Numbered from the stretch's first letter, positions 51,192 through 61,154 are shown. The stretch: DNA of 64,000 bases from Promethearchaeota archaeon (GCA_048940925.1 JBHLOC010000004.1:64001-128000); one strand, 5' to 3'. The notes: a model not told the origin generated them from the letters alone. Program-made: numbers and translations.

Positions 51192-51304
51192 TTAAATTCA
51201 CTTATATGATTTTATAATTTATAATTTTAATTAATTAATAAAGCTATTTTTGGTGAAATGCAAATATTTTTATAATAAATTATACATATAATTAATATTT
51301 CCAA

Positions 51305-52633
51305 ATGAAAATGCAAAATTGTAATATTATGAATGATAAAAAAGATAGGCTAGAAATCCGACATTTTATAAAAAATTTAAGTGGAAAATCCAAATTCGTT
51401 ATTTCAAAAAAGTCCCGTGCGATAGGTATTTCTAGACAAACCTATCAAAACAAACTTGATAATTTAAGGAATCGAAAAATAATTACTAATTTCACAATTA
51501 ATATCAATCCTAATCTTAAACCAAATAATCTAAAATATGTCATGCTTGAAATAAAAACTAACCCAAAAGAACCTGAACTTGTTGAACAATTGCTGAAAAT
51601 CCCTCAAATAACAATGTTAAATGGTATTTTTGGAGAGTTTTCTCTATTTGCCTTATTTATCTTTAAATCCCCCGAGGAATATTATCAGATATTAAATAAT
51701 ATTGATAAGATTATGGCACGATCATATTTCAAAAAATATCAGATCATTGAAACTATAAAGGTGTTTAAAACAAATGGAATTAGCTTAAGAAGCTTAAATA
51801 TGAGTTACGAAGAACAATTCGTAGAACAATTAAATTGCATAATGAAACAGAAAAAAGATTATGAAACTAATTCAGATTCTACAATTGAGAATATTGAATT
51901 AAAACTTGCAGAAAAAGTTGATTTAAATCAAATTAGTCGAAATTATATGGATATTGAGTATAATCCTAAGAAATTTCCGGGTATCCTTATTAAGATTGAA
52001 AAATTTAACATAACTATTTTAATTTTTTCAAGTGGAAAAATAGTTGTAACAGGTTTAAGAGAAACACAGGACACAGAGAAGGTAATAAATGAGATAATAA
52101 AAACTATGAGGAAGTTTGGGATAAATTTAGATAAGAAAACAATCGATCTAAATCTTAAAATAGATAATATTGATTATGAAATATTACAAATTTTACGTGA
52201 TCAGCAAGGAGATAAACCAATATCTACATATGAAATAAAATCAATCTTTAAGGAACAATTTAGTAATGATATTTCACAATCAACAATCCATAATAGAATT
52301 AAGAACCTTGAAAGCCAAAATATAATTCTTAATTACACGATTAATTTCTCTCCAAAAGAATTAGGGTATAAAGGTAAATTTATACTCCGAATAAAACCAA
52401 AAAATCCATCTAAATACAATGAACTTGCCTTCAAATTAGAAAATAACAAAAACATCACTGATCTTTTTCGAATAGGCGAACAGTATGGCTTATTAGCTAT
52501 TGTTCGTGTAAAGAAAATAGAGGATTATGGAAATTTTTTAAGAGAACTTTATCTAACAGAGGAAATTGAAGATACTTTTACTCATTTCGTTTTAGATGAA
52601 TTAATCAAATATACTAATTTTTTAATTTTTTAA
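51305..52633 (+). CDS. tandem Lrp/AsnC regulator with a central single TBP repeat
   Basis: two HTH+RAM units (about aa 10-160 and 285-440) flank aa 193-272 IENI..L..KVDL...EYNPKKFPG......LIFSSGKIVVTG. Confidence 0.85.
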   Translation: MKMQNCNIMNDKKDRLEIRHFIKNLSGKSKFVISKKSRAIGISRQTYQNKLDNLRNRKIITNFTININPNLKPNNLKYVMLEIKTNPKEPELVEQLLKIPQITMLNGIFGEFSLFALFIFKSPEEYYQILNNIDKIMARSYFKKYQIIETIKVFKTNGISLRSLNMSYEEQFVEQLNCIMKQKKDYETNSDSTIENIELKLAEKVDLNQISRNYMDIEYNPKKFPGILIKIEKFNITILIFSSGKIVVTGLRETQDTEKVINEIIKTMRKFGINLDKKTIDLNLKIDNIDYEILQILRDQQGDKPISTYEIKSIFKEQFSNDISQSTIHNRIKNLESQNIILNYTINFSPKELGYKGKFILRIKPKNPSKYNELAFKLENNKNITDLFRIGEQYGLLAIVRVKKIEDYGNFLRELYLTEEIEDTFTHFVLDELIKYTNFLIF

Positions 52634-52755
52634 GAAAACAAGCTTTCAATGATAAAATAATTTCTGAGGAGTAAATTCTTAATAATCTTAGAAAATTTCA
52701 ATAAATTAGAAATAAAAAAAAATCTTCACCAAAAATATCGTATATATTGAAAGGT

Positions 52756-54837
52756 ATGAATTTTTTCTTTGAATTAAAAGCCAGTAGAATAGGTTATTCA
52801 AGAATAGGGCGGATATCATTATCGAAAGATCGGAAGCTTTATATAAATACTCCGAATTTAATGATTCCTATAAAGAATTCGTTAATGAAACAGTTTAGTT
52901 TTATACAAGAATTCGAAAGTCATAAACTCTTTATCATTTCAAAAGAGATATTTTTAAGAATTGGATTTCTTCGTGAAAAGTTTAAAGACACAGGATTTAT
53001 TTTTTCTTATAATGGGACTTTTGAGAAATTTGAAGATATTTTAATACGAAATTTAGATATCTTCACTGAAGACAATATCATTTCAATATTACCATTTAAT
53101 GTTCCTACAACTTCTATTAATAAAGATTTTGCAGAAGTAGAAATAACTGCATATCTTAAAAAGGCTAAAAAGATCTTAAAACAATATCCAAATCTTAATT
53201 TTGGTATAACCATTAGAATTTTTGATTATACTGAATTGTTTGATCTCTATATTCCGATTATAAAAAAGAATGAAAATATTAAAATTCTAAACCTATCTGA
53301 CATTTTTGATAATTTCAACAATTTTAGAGGTATTGCAAAAATTATATCTGAAGTTAAAGCTGAATTGGATAATAATCTTGTTGTAATGGCTTCAGGTAGG
53401 ATAATTCCTAAATTATATCCTATTTTAGTATATTTAGGAATTGATTTAATTGATAGCTCCTTTTTATTATATTTATCAGCTGAAAATTTCTACGACACAA
53501 TAGAGTATCTTCTGCCAATATATAAAGTTAGGTATTTTCCCTGTGCCTGTGTGGCATGTAAAGGAAAATTGAAGAATCTTTTTGACATTAAACATTCTTC
53601 TGAAAAAATAGATTTATTATGTCTTCATAATCTCATATCAGCAACTAATTACATTAATAAAATTAGCCAATATTTAAACTATGAAGATTACAGAACATTT
53701 GTTGAAAAATCTACCTTTGATGATACCAATTTAATCTCAATTCTAAAAATTTTAGATAAAGACTATTTTCATTTAATGAGATATGAAACACCGATAACTA
53801 TTAAAAACAGAACTATTAGATGCCTTGGACCAACTTCATATAACCGCCCAGATTTTCGAGAATACAGAGAAAGAACTTTAACTAATTTTGGACCTGAACC
53901 ATGGACTACTTTAATTATCTTACTTCCATGCTCAGCTAAAAAACCTTATTCTGAATCTAAATCTCATAAGTTATTTTATAAAAAAATAAGAAAATTTTCA
54001 GAATTTCCAAATTTCCAAGAATTTATTCTAACTTCTCCTTTAGGGGTGATTCCAAGACAACTTGAAAACATTTATCCTGTTAATTCGTATGATATTTCAG
54101 TTACAGGTGATTGGAATAATGAAGAAATAAATATCACAGCTAATATGCTTATAAAAATATTAGAAAAATACAATAATGATATTCCGATAATTTGTCATCT
54201 TAAAGATGAATATTATGAGATTGTTAAAAGAGTTAAATCTAAATTAGCTCATAAATTCTTTTTTACCACAGTTTCAGATAAATTAACCTCAAAAGAATCT
54301 CTTCAATCATTAGAAGATTTAATTAATGAATATAAAGATATCTTTAAATCCAAACAGCAATTAAAGAAAGGAAATTGCTTAACTAAATCGTGGATTAGAA
54401 AATTTAATAAAATTTTAGATTATCAATTTGGTATTGGTTCAGGAATGAGAGTGATTTCACAAGAATTAACACAAATCAAACTTAAGTCTAATGGAAATGT
54501 TAATTTAATAGATAAAAAAAGCAAGGTATTATTGGGTATTTTCAGATCATCTACGGGTCAAATTGATTTAACACTTAAGGGAATTAATCGATTAGTAAAA
54601 ACACCTTATTCTATAGATTCAAATACAATTGTATTTGATGCAAATTTTATCAGAGGTAATACACTATTTCGAAAGGGCATAATAGCTTTCAGTCGAAATT
54701 TAATTCCAAATAATTTTACATATGTATTAAATAAAGATAAGAACGATATAATTGGAACTGGAAATTTATTAGTAGGGTCGAATTTTATAAAAAATTCTAA
54801 GACTGGGAGAGTAGTAAAAATCAATGATAAAAAATAG
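52756..54837 (+). CDS. arcS: archaeosine synthase subunit (TGT-like, DUF5591 and PUA-like domains)
   Basis: SRIGRI...TPN, LVYLGIDLID, LLPCSAKKPYSESKSH, TSPLGVIPR.LE..YP...YDI.VTGDW, DYQFG. Confidence 0.88.
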   Translation: MNFFFELKASRIGYSRIGRISLSKDRKLYINTPNLMIPIKNSLMKQFSFIQEFESHKLFIISKEIFLRIGFLREKFKDTGFIFSYNGTFEKFEDILIRNLDIFTEDNIISILPFNVPTTSINKDFAEVEITAYLKKAKKILKQYPNLNFGITIRIFDYTELFDLYIPIIKKNENIKILNLSDIFDNFNNFRGIAKIISEVKAELDNNLVVMASGRIIPKLYPILVYLGIDLIDSSFLLYLSAENFYDTIEYLLPIYKVRYFPCACVACKGKLKNLFDIKHSSEKIDLLCLHNLISATNYINKISQYLNYEDYRTFVEKSTFDDTNLISILKILDKDYFHLMRYETPITIKNRTIRCLGPTSYNRPDFREYRERTLTNFGPEPWTTLIILLPCSAKKPYSESKSHKLFYKKIRKFSEFPNFQEFILTSPLGVIPRQLENIYPVNSYDISVTGDWNNEEINITANMLIKILEKYNNDIPIICHLKDEYYEIVKRVKSKLAHKFFFTTVSDKLTSKESLQSLEDLINEYKDIFKSKQQLKKGNCLTKSWIRKFNKILDYQFGIGSGMRVISQELTQIKLKSNGNVNLIDKKSKVLLGIFRSSTGQIDLTLKGINRLVKTPYSIDSNTIVFDANFIRGNTLFRKGIIAFSRNLIPNNFTYVLNKDKNDIIGTGNLLVGSNFIKNSKTGRVVKINDKK

Positions 54838-55924
54838 GAATTTAAAAGAATATAATGAAATTGTTGCAGAAAAAGTTAAATTTTTCAGAGAAAAAGCTCT
54901 AAAAAATAAAAAAAAATATGAGAAAGAGCAACTGAGTCAACCTGTTGCATTTTGGATAAAAAAGGACAGATTAATTAACGAAATAGGAAAGCAATTTACA
55001 ATTATACTAAGAACCAAAGGATGTAGTTGGTCACTAAGTAAAACTGGAGGGTGTACGATGTGTGGATATATAAATGATGCAAATATTGATGACATTGAGC
55101 AATCTCAAGTTATAAATCAATTCATTTATGCAATTAACTCTAAAATGAGCGAAATAGAAGAAGATCATGATAAATTTATTTTAAAAATATTTAATTCGGG
55201 AAGCTTTTTCGATGAAAAAGAGATCTCTGAAGTAGTTAGGAGAACTATTTATGAAAAAATCGCAGGAATCAAAAGCATTAAAGAAGTTGTCTTAGAAAGT
55301 AGATTAGAATATATTACTACAGAAATCCTTTCTGAGATAAGAGAATTTCTAAAAGATAAATATGTTGAGATTGCAATTGGACTTGAAACTGTGAATGATT
55401 ATATTAGAAATAATTATATTAATAAGGGATTTCTCTATGAAAATTTTAAAGAAGTATGTAATGAATGTAAAGGGTTTGATATAGGTATAAAAGCTTATTT
55501 ATTATTTAAACCACCATTTCTTAATGAACAAGCTGCTATAGATGATTGTGTAAATTCAATTAGAAATCTTATTGAGCAAGATATTAATACGATTTCGATT
55601 AATCCCTTAAACATTCAAAAAGGTACTCTAGTGGAATATCTATGGTATCAAAATAGATATAGACCTCCGTGGTATTATTCCTTATTTAAATGTTTAAAAA
55701 AATCACTTACCCAAAAAGATTTAGAAAAAGTCCGAATACTATCTGATCCGAGTGGAGCTGGAACGAGGAGAGGGATACATAATTGTTTGAAAAAGGAATG
55801 TGAGAATTCTGCAAAGCAAATGCTTAGTAATTTTGTTCTCTCTCAAAATTTATCTGAGTTGAAACAAAATGGATTTGAGTGTAATTGTAAAAGCAAATAT
55901 CAATTAGAGAAAAATTATTGTTGA
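54824..55924 (+). CDS. raSEA: archaeosine biosynthesis radical SAM enzyme
   Basis: ILRTKGCSW....GCTMCGY, KIFNSGSF, AYLLFKPPFL, YRPPW, RGIHNC; overlaps arcS. Confidence 0.92.
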   Translation: MIKNRNLKEYNEIVAEKVKFFREKALKNKKKYEKEQLSQPVAFWIKKDRLINEIGKQFTIILRTKGCSWSLSKTGGCTMCGYINDANIDDIEQSQVINQFIYAINSKMSEIEEDHDKFILKIFNSGSFFDEKEISEVVRRTIYEKIAGIKSIKEVVLESRLEYITTEILSEIREFLKDKYVEIAIGLETVNDYIRNNYINKGFLYENFKEVCNECKGFDIGIKAYLLFKPPFLNEQAAIDDCVNSIRNLIEQDINTISINPLNIQKGTLVEYLWYQNRYRPPWYYSLFKCLKKSLTQKDLEKVRILSDPSGAGTRRGIHNCLKKECENSAKQMLSNFVLSQNLSELKQNGFECNCKSKYQLEKNYC

Positions 55925-56043
55925 AATTTTTTTAAAAAAAAAAATTCGGTTAAATTCTCATAAGAATAATATACTGTTAATTTCCATTTTTGTAAGAGAA
56001 AATAATGAAAACCATTATATTTAAATATTAACCACCATCATTT

Positions 56044-56328
56044 ATGTTAATCTCAATGTTAAAGCAAGGGACCCTTTTGAAAAAAAACTGGGTTAAATTA
56101 AATCTTTTCTACATTGGAAAATCTAAAAAACATCAAATATTTAGAGCTAAACAGTGGAATAAGAGTTTCGAAAAAATTTTGAAACAACCAGTGTATAATG
56201 AAAGATATGAAAAAATTGGAAATATAAAGGATATATTTGGTCCTATCAATTTGCCCTTTATTTCGATCAAGACTTTGCCTAATCAACCCTTTGAACCAAA
56301 TATCAAATTATATACAAAAATAGCATAA
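56044..56328 (+). CDS. gar1: H/ACA RNP protein Gar1
   Basis: IGNIKDIFGPINLPFISIK; typical gar1-tfb synteny; start uncertain. Confidence 0.8.
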   Translation: MLISMLKQGTLLKKNWVKLNLFYIGKSKKHQIFRAKQWNKSFEKILKQPVYNERYEKIGNIKDIFGPINLPFISIKTLPNQPFEPNIKLYTKIA

Positions 56329-56372
56329 TTTTCTAAAAATTCTTTTAAAATTAAAGAATATAGTTAAAAAAG

Positions 56373-57353
56373 GTGTGTTTTATTTCAAGTTGGAGGGAAA
56401 TAAATTCTACTTCAAATGAGAACTTGGGTATAGAAAGTGGTATTTGCTCTGAATGTGGTAAAGCTATTTTTTTTGATGAAAATAGAGGGTTAATTGTATG
56501 TGAAGAATGTGGTTTAGTTCATTCCGAAAAACATATTGATCGTGGACCAGAATGGAGAGCGTTTGATGCAGATCAGAAAAAAAAGAGAACTAGAACTGGC
56601 GCACCTATGACCTATATGATACATGACAAGGGACTTAGTACTATTATTGATTGGAAAAACCGAGACATATTTGGTAAAGAAATACCAGCTAAATTGAGGG
56701 GACAAATTTATCGTCTTCGAAAATGGCAGAGTCGAATCAGAGTATCAGATGCAACAGAAAGAAATCTTACTTTTGCTCTTAGCGAACTCGATAGAATGGC
56801 TTCCAACCTAGATCTTCAAAAAAACTTAAGAGAATGTGCTGCTAAAATCTATCGAGATGCTGTAGAAGCGCATCTAATTCGTGGTAGAAGCATTGAAGGT
56901 GTTGCTGCTGCAAGTTTATATGCTGCTTGTAGAATGTATAAAGTACCAAGGACGTTAAATGAGATTGCTGATGTAGCTCGAGTTGATAAGAAGGAAATTA
57001 GTAGATCTTTTCGATTTATTTCAAAAGAACTTGATTTAAATTTAAATCCCACTAAACCACTTGATTTTCTTACAAGATTTATTTCTGAATTGGATTTAAC
57101 TACAAAATGTCATAGAATAGCAAAAACGATTATAAGAATGGCAGAAGATCGAGGTTTAACTTCGGGACGAGGCCCTACAGGCGTATGTGCAGCTGCAATT
57201 TATGCATCATGTATTTTGTCTAATGAACGAAGGACACAGAGGAGTATAGCTCGTGTTAGTTGTGTAACAGAAGTAACTGTTCGAAATCGCTTTAGCGAAC
57301 TAGTGGAAAATTTGAAACTTAGGATTTCATTGAAAAAGAATAGCAAGATTTAA
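56373..57353 (+). CDS. tfb: transcription factor B
   Basis: CSEC...[22 protein letters not shown], two cyclin repeats, EVTVRNR. Confidence 0.96.
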   Translation: MCFISSWREINSTSNENLGIESGICSECGKAIFFDENRGLIVCEECGLVHSEKHIDRGPEWRAFDADQKKKRTRTGAPMTYMIHDKGLSTIIDWKNRDIFGKEIPAKLRGQIYRLRKWQSRIRVSDATERNLTFALSELDRMASNLDLQKNLRECAAKIYRDAVEAHLIRGRSIEGVAAASLYAACRMYKVPRTLNEIADVARVDKKEISRSFRFISKELDLNLNPTKPLDFLTRFISELDLTTKCHRIAKTIIRMAEDRGLTSGRGPTGVCAAAIYASCILSNERRTQRSIARVSCVTEVTVRNRFSELVENLKLRISLKKNSKI

Positions 57354-57480
57354 AACCCTACTATTCTCCTAAATTTAAGAAAAAATATTAAAAAATATTT
57401 AGAATTGAAGATTCCTTTTTAAAAGCAAGACTCTTTCTGAAAAATTGTTTTTAGAAATAGTTAATTATAATTCCTATATA

Positions 57481-57711
57481 ATGAAAAAAAAAGTAAATCC
57501 AGATAAAAAATTAAGATTACCTCCTGGTCAGCATATAACTAAACGTTTCCCTGTTCTTCAAAAAGGAAGAATTGTTCATATAGAGAGGAAGAATTGTAAT
57601 TTAGAAATTAATGGAGAAATTGAACAATCATTGGTCTTAACTCTGGAAGAGTTAAAAAAATTGCAAGATATCAAAATAGTGGAAGATATCCATTGTGTAA
57701 CTTCATGGTGT
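57481..57711 (+). pseudogene. truncated sulfite-oxidase-like molybdopterin oxidoreductase
   Basis: RLPPGQ....FPVL...DIHCVTSW, after which homology stops at an inverted repeat. Confidence 0.8.
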
Positions 57712-57745
57712 AAATCATCCCTAAAAATCATTTTAGGGATGATTT
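57712..57745. repeat. perfect 15-bp inverted repeat with 4-nt loop
   Basis: AAATCATCCCTAAAA-ATCA-TTTTAGGGATGATTT. Confidence 0.9.
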
Positions 57746-58222
57746 TTCTCTCAACTTAAGCAACTGTTGATATTGCCAATCTCTTTCTTTGGCTACATCA
57801 GTGTAGGCATCAGAAGTATTGTTGGCTCTATGTATAGCTTGTAATGCATAAATGGCAGCACCAATAGAATGTGTTTTAACATGAGCTGTTGCAACGGCCT
57901 GACCAGCGGCACGAGCGGCAGAACACGCAGAGTTATCTGCACCTACTTCACGAGCTGCTGTATGAGCATCAAGAGAAGCTTTGCGTATTACCCTCATCTT
58001 AAACACACCTGTATTAATCCATGTTTGGAGTGTTTCGATAGCATTTCTAGGACGATAGTCGTTAGGATATTTTTTCTCAAAATACGATAAAACTCGCTCG
58101 GTGCAATCAATCGCCCAGACAGCTAATATCTTTTTGTCAGTTTTTTTTAAAAGCTCTACAATTCTCTCATCGTTTCTATATTGTATAAGTGAAAATTTGG
58201 ATTTTTCTTTTTTAATTCTCAT
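57728..58222 (-). CDS. Imm5-like putative immunity protein
   Basis: LA.WA.DC.ERVL..FE...P.D.RPR.A, AARAAGQAVATAHV..H..GAA.YA; ATG at 58222. Confidence 0.82.
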   Translation of the reverse strand: MRIKKEKSKFSLIQYRNDERIVELLKKTDKKILAVWAIDCTERVLSYFEKKYPNDYRPRNAIETLQTWINTGVFKMRVIRKASLDAHTAAREVGADNSACSAARAAGQAVATAHVKTHSIGAAIYALQAIHRANNTSDAYTDVAKERDWQYQQLLKLREKSSLK

Positions 58223-58399
58223 ATAATTAAATGAATTGTGTATATAGTTATTAAACTTTTGACTATTAGAACAAACTATTCTGAGGAGAGCACAAATGGC
58301 AGAAATATTTGATATGCCTTTTTTAGCACTATAATATCTTTTTATTATCAAGTATTATCTTCATATTATAACATTTAATGTTCAATTAATTTGATCTAA

Positions 58400-58786
58400 T
58401 TGATAGATCAAATTGATAATTTAGGTGTCATAGAATTGGATAAACATGAGAACAACAGCATTATTAATGAAAGCGAAGTCAAATATTTTTTATATAGGAT
58501 AGAAAAGAATTTTCCAAATTTTGTGGCAGGAGTTATTACTGATCGTCATGGTTTTCCTGTTGCATCAAAAATTTCCAAAAAATTATGGATCCTTGAAAAT
58601 ACTTTAGCCTTATCTGCGATTACTAAAAATCGGGATTTTATAGAGGATAATAAATTGGTAAAGATCAAAAAGGATTTAGATAAGGCAAAAAATTACAAAC
58701 TATTAATCTTGTTAGAAAAAACAAAAGATTACAAAAGCCGAATGAAACCATTAAAAGGTTTACTTAGATCCCAAGAACTTTTTTAG
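58400..58786 (+). CDS. roadblock-like protein
   Basis: VAGVITDRHGFPVAS; start may be TTG 58436 after AGGTG. Confidence 0.7.
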   Translation: MIDQIDNLGVIELDKHENNSIINESEVKYFLYRIEKNFPNFVAGVITDRHGFPVASKISKKLWILENTLALSAITKNRDFIEDNKLVKIKKDLDKAKNYKLLILLEKTKDYKSRMKPLKGLLRSQELF

Positions 58787-58975
58787 GTCTATTTATAAAT
58801 TTTTCTCGCAAACCGTAGAAAAATAACCTTCCTACTTAAATTTTTATAAAGAAAATTTCTTTATTATCTAAAGAAGGTTAAAGGAAATTATATCTAGTTA
58901 GGTTTTAATAAATAGTTTTATAATTATTAAAAAACCATTAAATTTGGATATTTAATTAAGTAGGTTGACACATTC

Positions 58976-59446
58976 TTGAGTTATTCTGATGATGAGCATA
59001 AATTAAAAAATATACTGAATTCAATCATCAATAGCGCGCCAGGTTTAAATAACGCTATAATAGTAGATGATACAGGTGTTACAATATTAAGTCAATCTAA
59101 GTTTAAATTTTCTGATCAGCAAAGTATTTCAATTGAGAAAATAGGGGCTATTGGAGGTGCTGTTTTTATAGCTGGAGAAGAACAAGGACATATACTAGGA
59201 TATGGAGCAATAGATTTACAAATTACTGAATACTATAAAGGTATGATTTTTGCAATAAAAGTAGGAAAAGGAGTATTATGTATCAGTACTGATCGGAATG
59301 TTCAAATTGGATTTATTAGAGCTATTATGAAGAAATATGCTCCTGCGATATCTGCTATATTGAATCGCTATTTACAAGTAGAACAAGCAGAATTTAGTAA
59401 AGAAGTTAAAGAATTATTTAGATCAGATACAATTGGATTGTTATAA
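58976..59446 (+). CDS. roadblock/LC7 (MglB-like) protein
   Basis: AIIVDDTGVTILS, IGAIGGAVF..GE, EY.KG.IF, .QIGFIR. Confidence 0.85.
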   Translation: MSYSDDEHKLKNILNSIINSAPGLNNAIIVDDTGVTILSQSKFKFSDQQSISIEKIGAIGGAVFIAGEEQGHILGYGAIDLQITEYYKGMIFAIKVGKGVLCISTDRNVQIGFIRAIMKKYAPAISAILNRYLQVEQAEFSKEVKELFRSDTIGLL

Positions 59447-59571
59447 ATTTCTGTCTATTTTTTAGACGCATAGATTTAGCCTAAAAACACTAACACTATT
59501 TTTTCATTTTAAGGGATTACCTTTAGATCAAAAATGTTCTCTCGTGCTAGGCAATAATCTCTATGCGCAAG

Positions 59572-59780
59572 TGGGACATAATCATATCTGCACGTTGGGT
59601 ACTGCCCTAATCCTCATCGCATTGGTGTTTACCGTTGCTAAGTTAAGAGCCCATGTATTTGCAGTTAAATTTTATTGATTAGTTTAACTCTGGATGTTTG
59701 CAGTTCTTTGCACACATAATCATTAGCAGAACGCTTCAATGTGCCCTCGAATATGCAATTATTCCGTCATTGATGTCCCA
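59572..59780 (-). ncRNA. candidate structured non-coding RNA of unknown class
   Basis: GC-enriched, ORF-free; terminal stem TGGGACAT/ATGTCCCA; TTTATAAT box at 59802-59809 with upstream A-run; several internal hairpins. Confidence 0.6.
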
Positions 59781-59820
59781 AGATATTTATAGTATCATTT
59801 GATTATAAAGATTTTTATTG

Positions 59821-60315
59821 TTAAGAAAAAGGAAAAGGTTCCTTTTTATTTATTCCTTTAATCCTATCCTCTATTCTTGTTATCAAGCTGGTTAGACTTC
59901 TGAAAAGTATTTTTTTTATTTGCTCATAAGTAAGATCTATTTCAATATCATTATCATCTCGAAAGTCATCAAATTTATAAAATGCTTTATAGACATTTTC
60001 TGTATTTAATATTTTGTATGAACTATCGACCAAAAATGCATAAACACTTTCACTTTCATACTCTTTTTTCATTATGAGTGAAAGCATTACAAATTCCTTA
60101 TTCCCTCGCGCCCATTCAGAGGGAATTTCGAAATGGAAGTTAATAATTTTCTTTTTTTTCGTAATGAGTACAATTTCGAAAAATGTCTCATTAATTTCAA
60201 GGTCAAAAAATTTAATTAATGATTTAATGATATCTTCTTCTAACTCGACTTCAGGATAGGATAGATATACGCTTGGACCCTTAATTTGATGGAAAAAAGT
60301 GAGTACTAAATGCAT
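59821..60315 (-). CDS. longin/uDENN-like protein
   Basis: LVLTFFHQIKGPSVYLSYP; FEIPSEWARGNKEFVMLSL. Confidence 0.65.
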   Translation of the reverse strand: MHLVLTFFHQIKGPSVYLSYPEVELEEDIIKSLIKFFDLEINETFFEIVLITKKKKIINFHFEIPSEWARGNKEFVMLSLIMKKEYESESVYAFLVDSSYKILNTENVYKAFYKFDDFRDDNDIEIDLTYEQIKKILFRSLTSLITRIEDRIKGINKKEPFPFS

Positions 60316-60401
60316 GTAAAAGAAAGCTTGAAGTTTATTAAATTATATTTTAGGTTAATTTAAAGTTATTTTATTAAGAAAAGATTTATTCTTAGTTAGA
60401 A

Positions 60402-61154
60402 TCAACTCTTATTAATTAATGATAAGACATCATTATAAGAACCAAGCAATTTATTTACATTTGAGTCTTTTAAACCTTCCTGAGGAATGCCTTCAAAAAT
60501 AATCTTTCCGTCATCCAAAACTAACATTTTTTCTGCCCAGTTTTCCACAAAAAATAAATTATGGGTGGTGAAGAGTATCGTTATTTTGTTTTCTTGTCTT
60601 AGATTTTCTAGAATTTTAAGGTGGTTATATATTGATTTAAAATCAAGATTTGCAAAGGGCTCATCTAAAATCAATAATTTAGGTTTCATTACAAGCAAGC
60701 CTGCTAGCGCAGCTCTCTTCTTTTGACCCCAAGAAAGGTTAAAAGGCGAAAAACTTTTATAATCAAATAAATTAACAGCCTTTAAAGCCCATTCAACTCT
60801 ATTTTTTACTTCAAGATCATCAAGTTTTAAATTTTTTGCGCCAAAACTAACATCTTCTTCAATCGTAGGTGCGAATAATTGGTCATCAGGGTTTTGAAAT
60901 AGAAAACCAATAGACTGTCTAATTTTCCATAATTTTTGTTTGTCTCTTGTCAATGTGTCGTTAAAAATCTTAATTATTCCAGCTTCAGGTTTCAATAATC
61001 CTACTAATAACCTTAATAATGTTGTTTTACCTGAACCATTATTTCCTGTTAATGCACATATTATATTTTCTTTCATTTTAAAAGAAATATCCTGAATTTT
61101 AAAGCCAGAATTATAGTTAAATTTCAAACCTTTAACTTCTAATGCAAAAATAAT
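60402..61154 (-). CDS. cbiO: ECF transporter ATPase
   Basis: GNNGSGKTT, FQNPDDQLF, LSWGQKKR, LDEP; frame extends to ATT 61154 (IIFALEVKGLKFNY). Confidence 0.92.
   Translation of the reverse strand: MIFALEVKGLKFNYNSGFKIQDISFKMKENIICALTGNNGSGKTTLLRLLVGLLKPEAGIIKIFNDTLTRDKQKLWKIRQSIGFLFQNPDDQLFAPTIEEDVSFGAKNLKLDDLEVKNRVEWALKAVNLFDYKSFSPFNLSWGQKKRAALAGLLVMKPKLLILDEPFANLDFKSIYNHLKILENLRQENKITILFTTHNLFFVENWAEKMLVLDDGKIIFEGIPQEGLKDSNVNKLLGSYNDVLSLINKS

Noticed and set aside
59572-59780. RNase P RNA, SRP RNA, SECIS or SAM-I riboswitch as the identity of the RNA candidate
   Set aside because: No GAGGAAAGUCC core (RNase P) and no helix-8 CAGG..GNRA..AGCA motif (SRP). No SECIS stem II and no in-frame UGA gene adjacent. 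AUCCAGAG..GCAAC..UGC.GAUG resembles SAM-I, but the key G and P4 are missing and no gene lies downstream on that strand.
226-60726. Antisense or overlapping ORFs in the track (e.g. 226-417, 3485-4006, 21492-21884, 22549-22887, 33439-33933, 46401-46706, 60487-60726)
   Set aside because: They shadow well-supported genes and carry no recognisable motifs.
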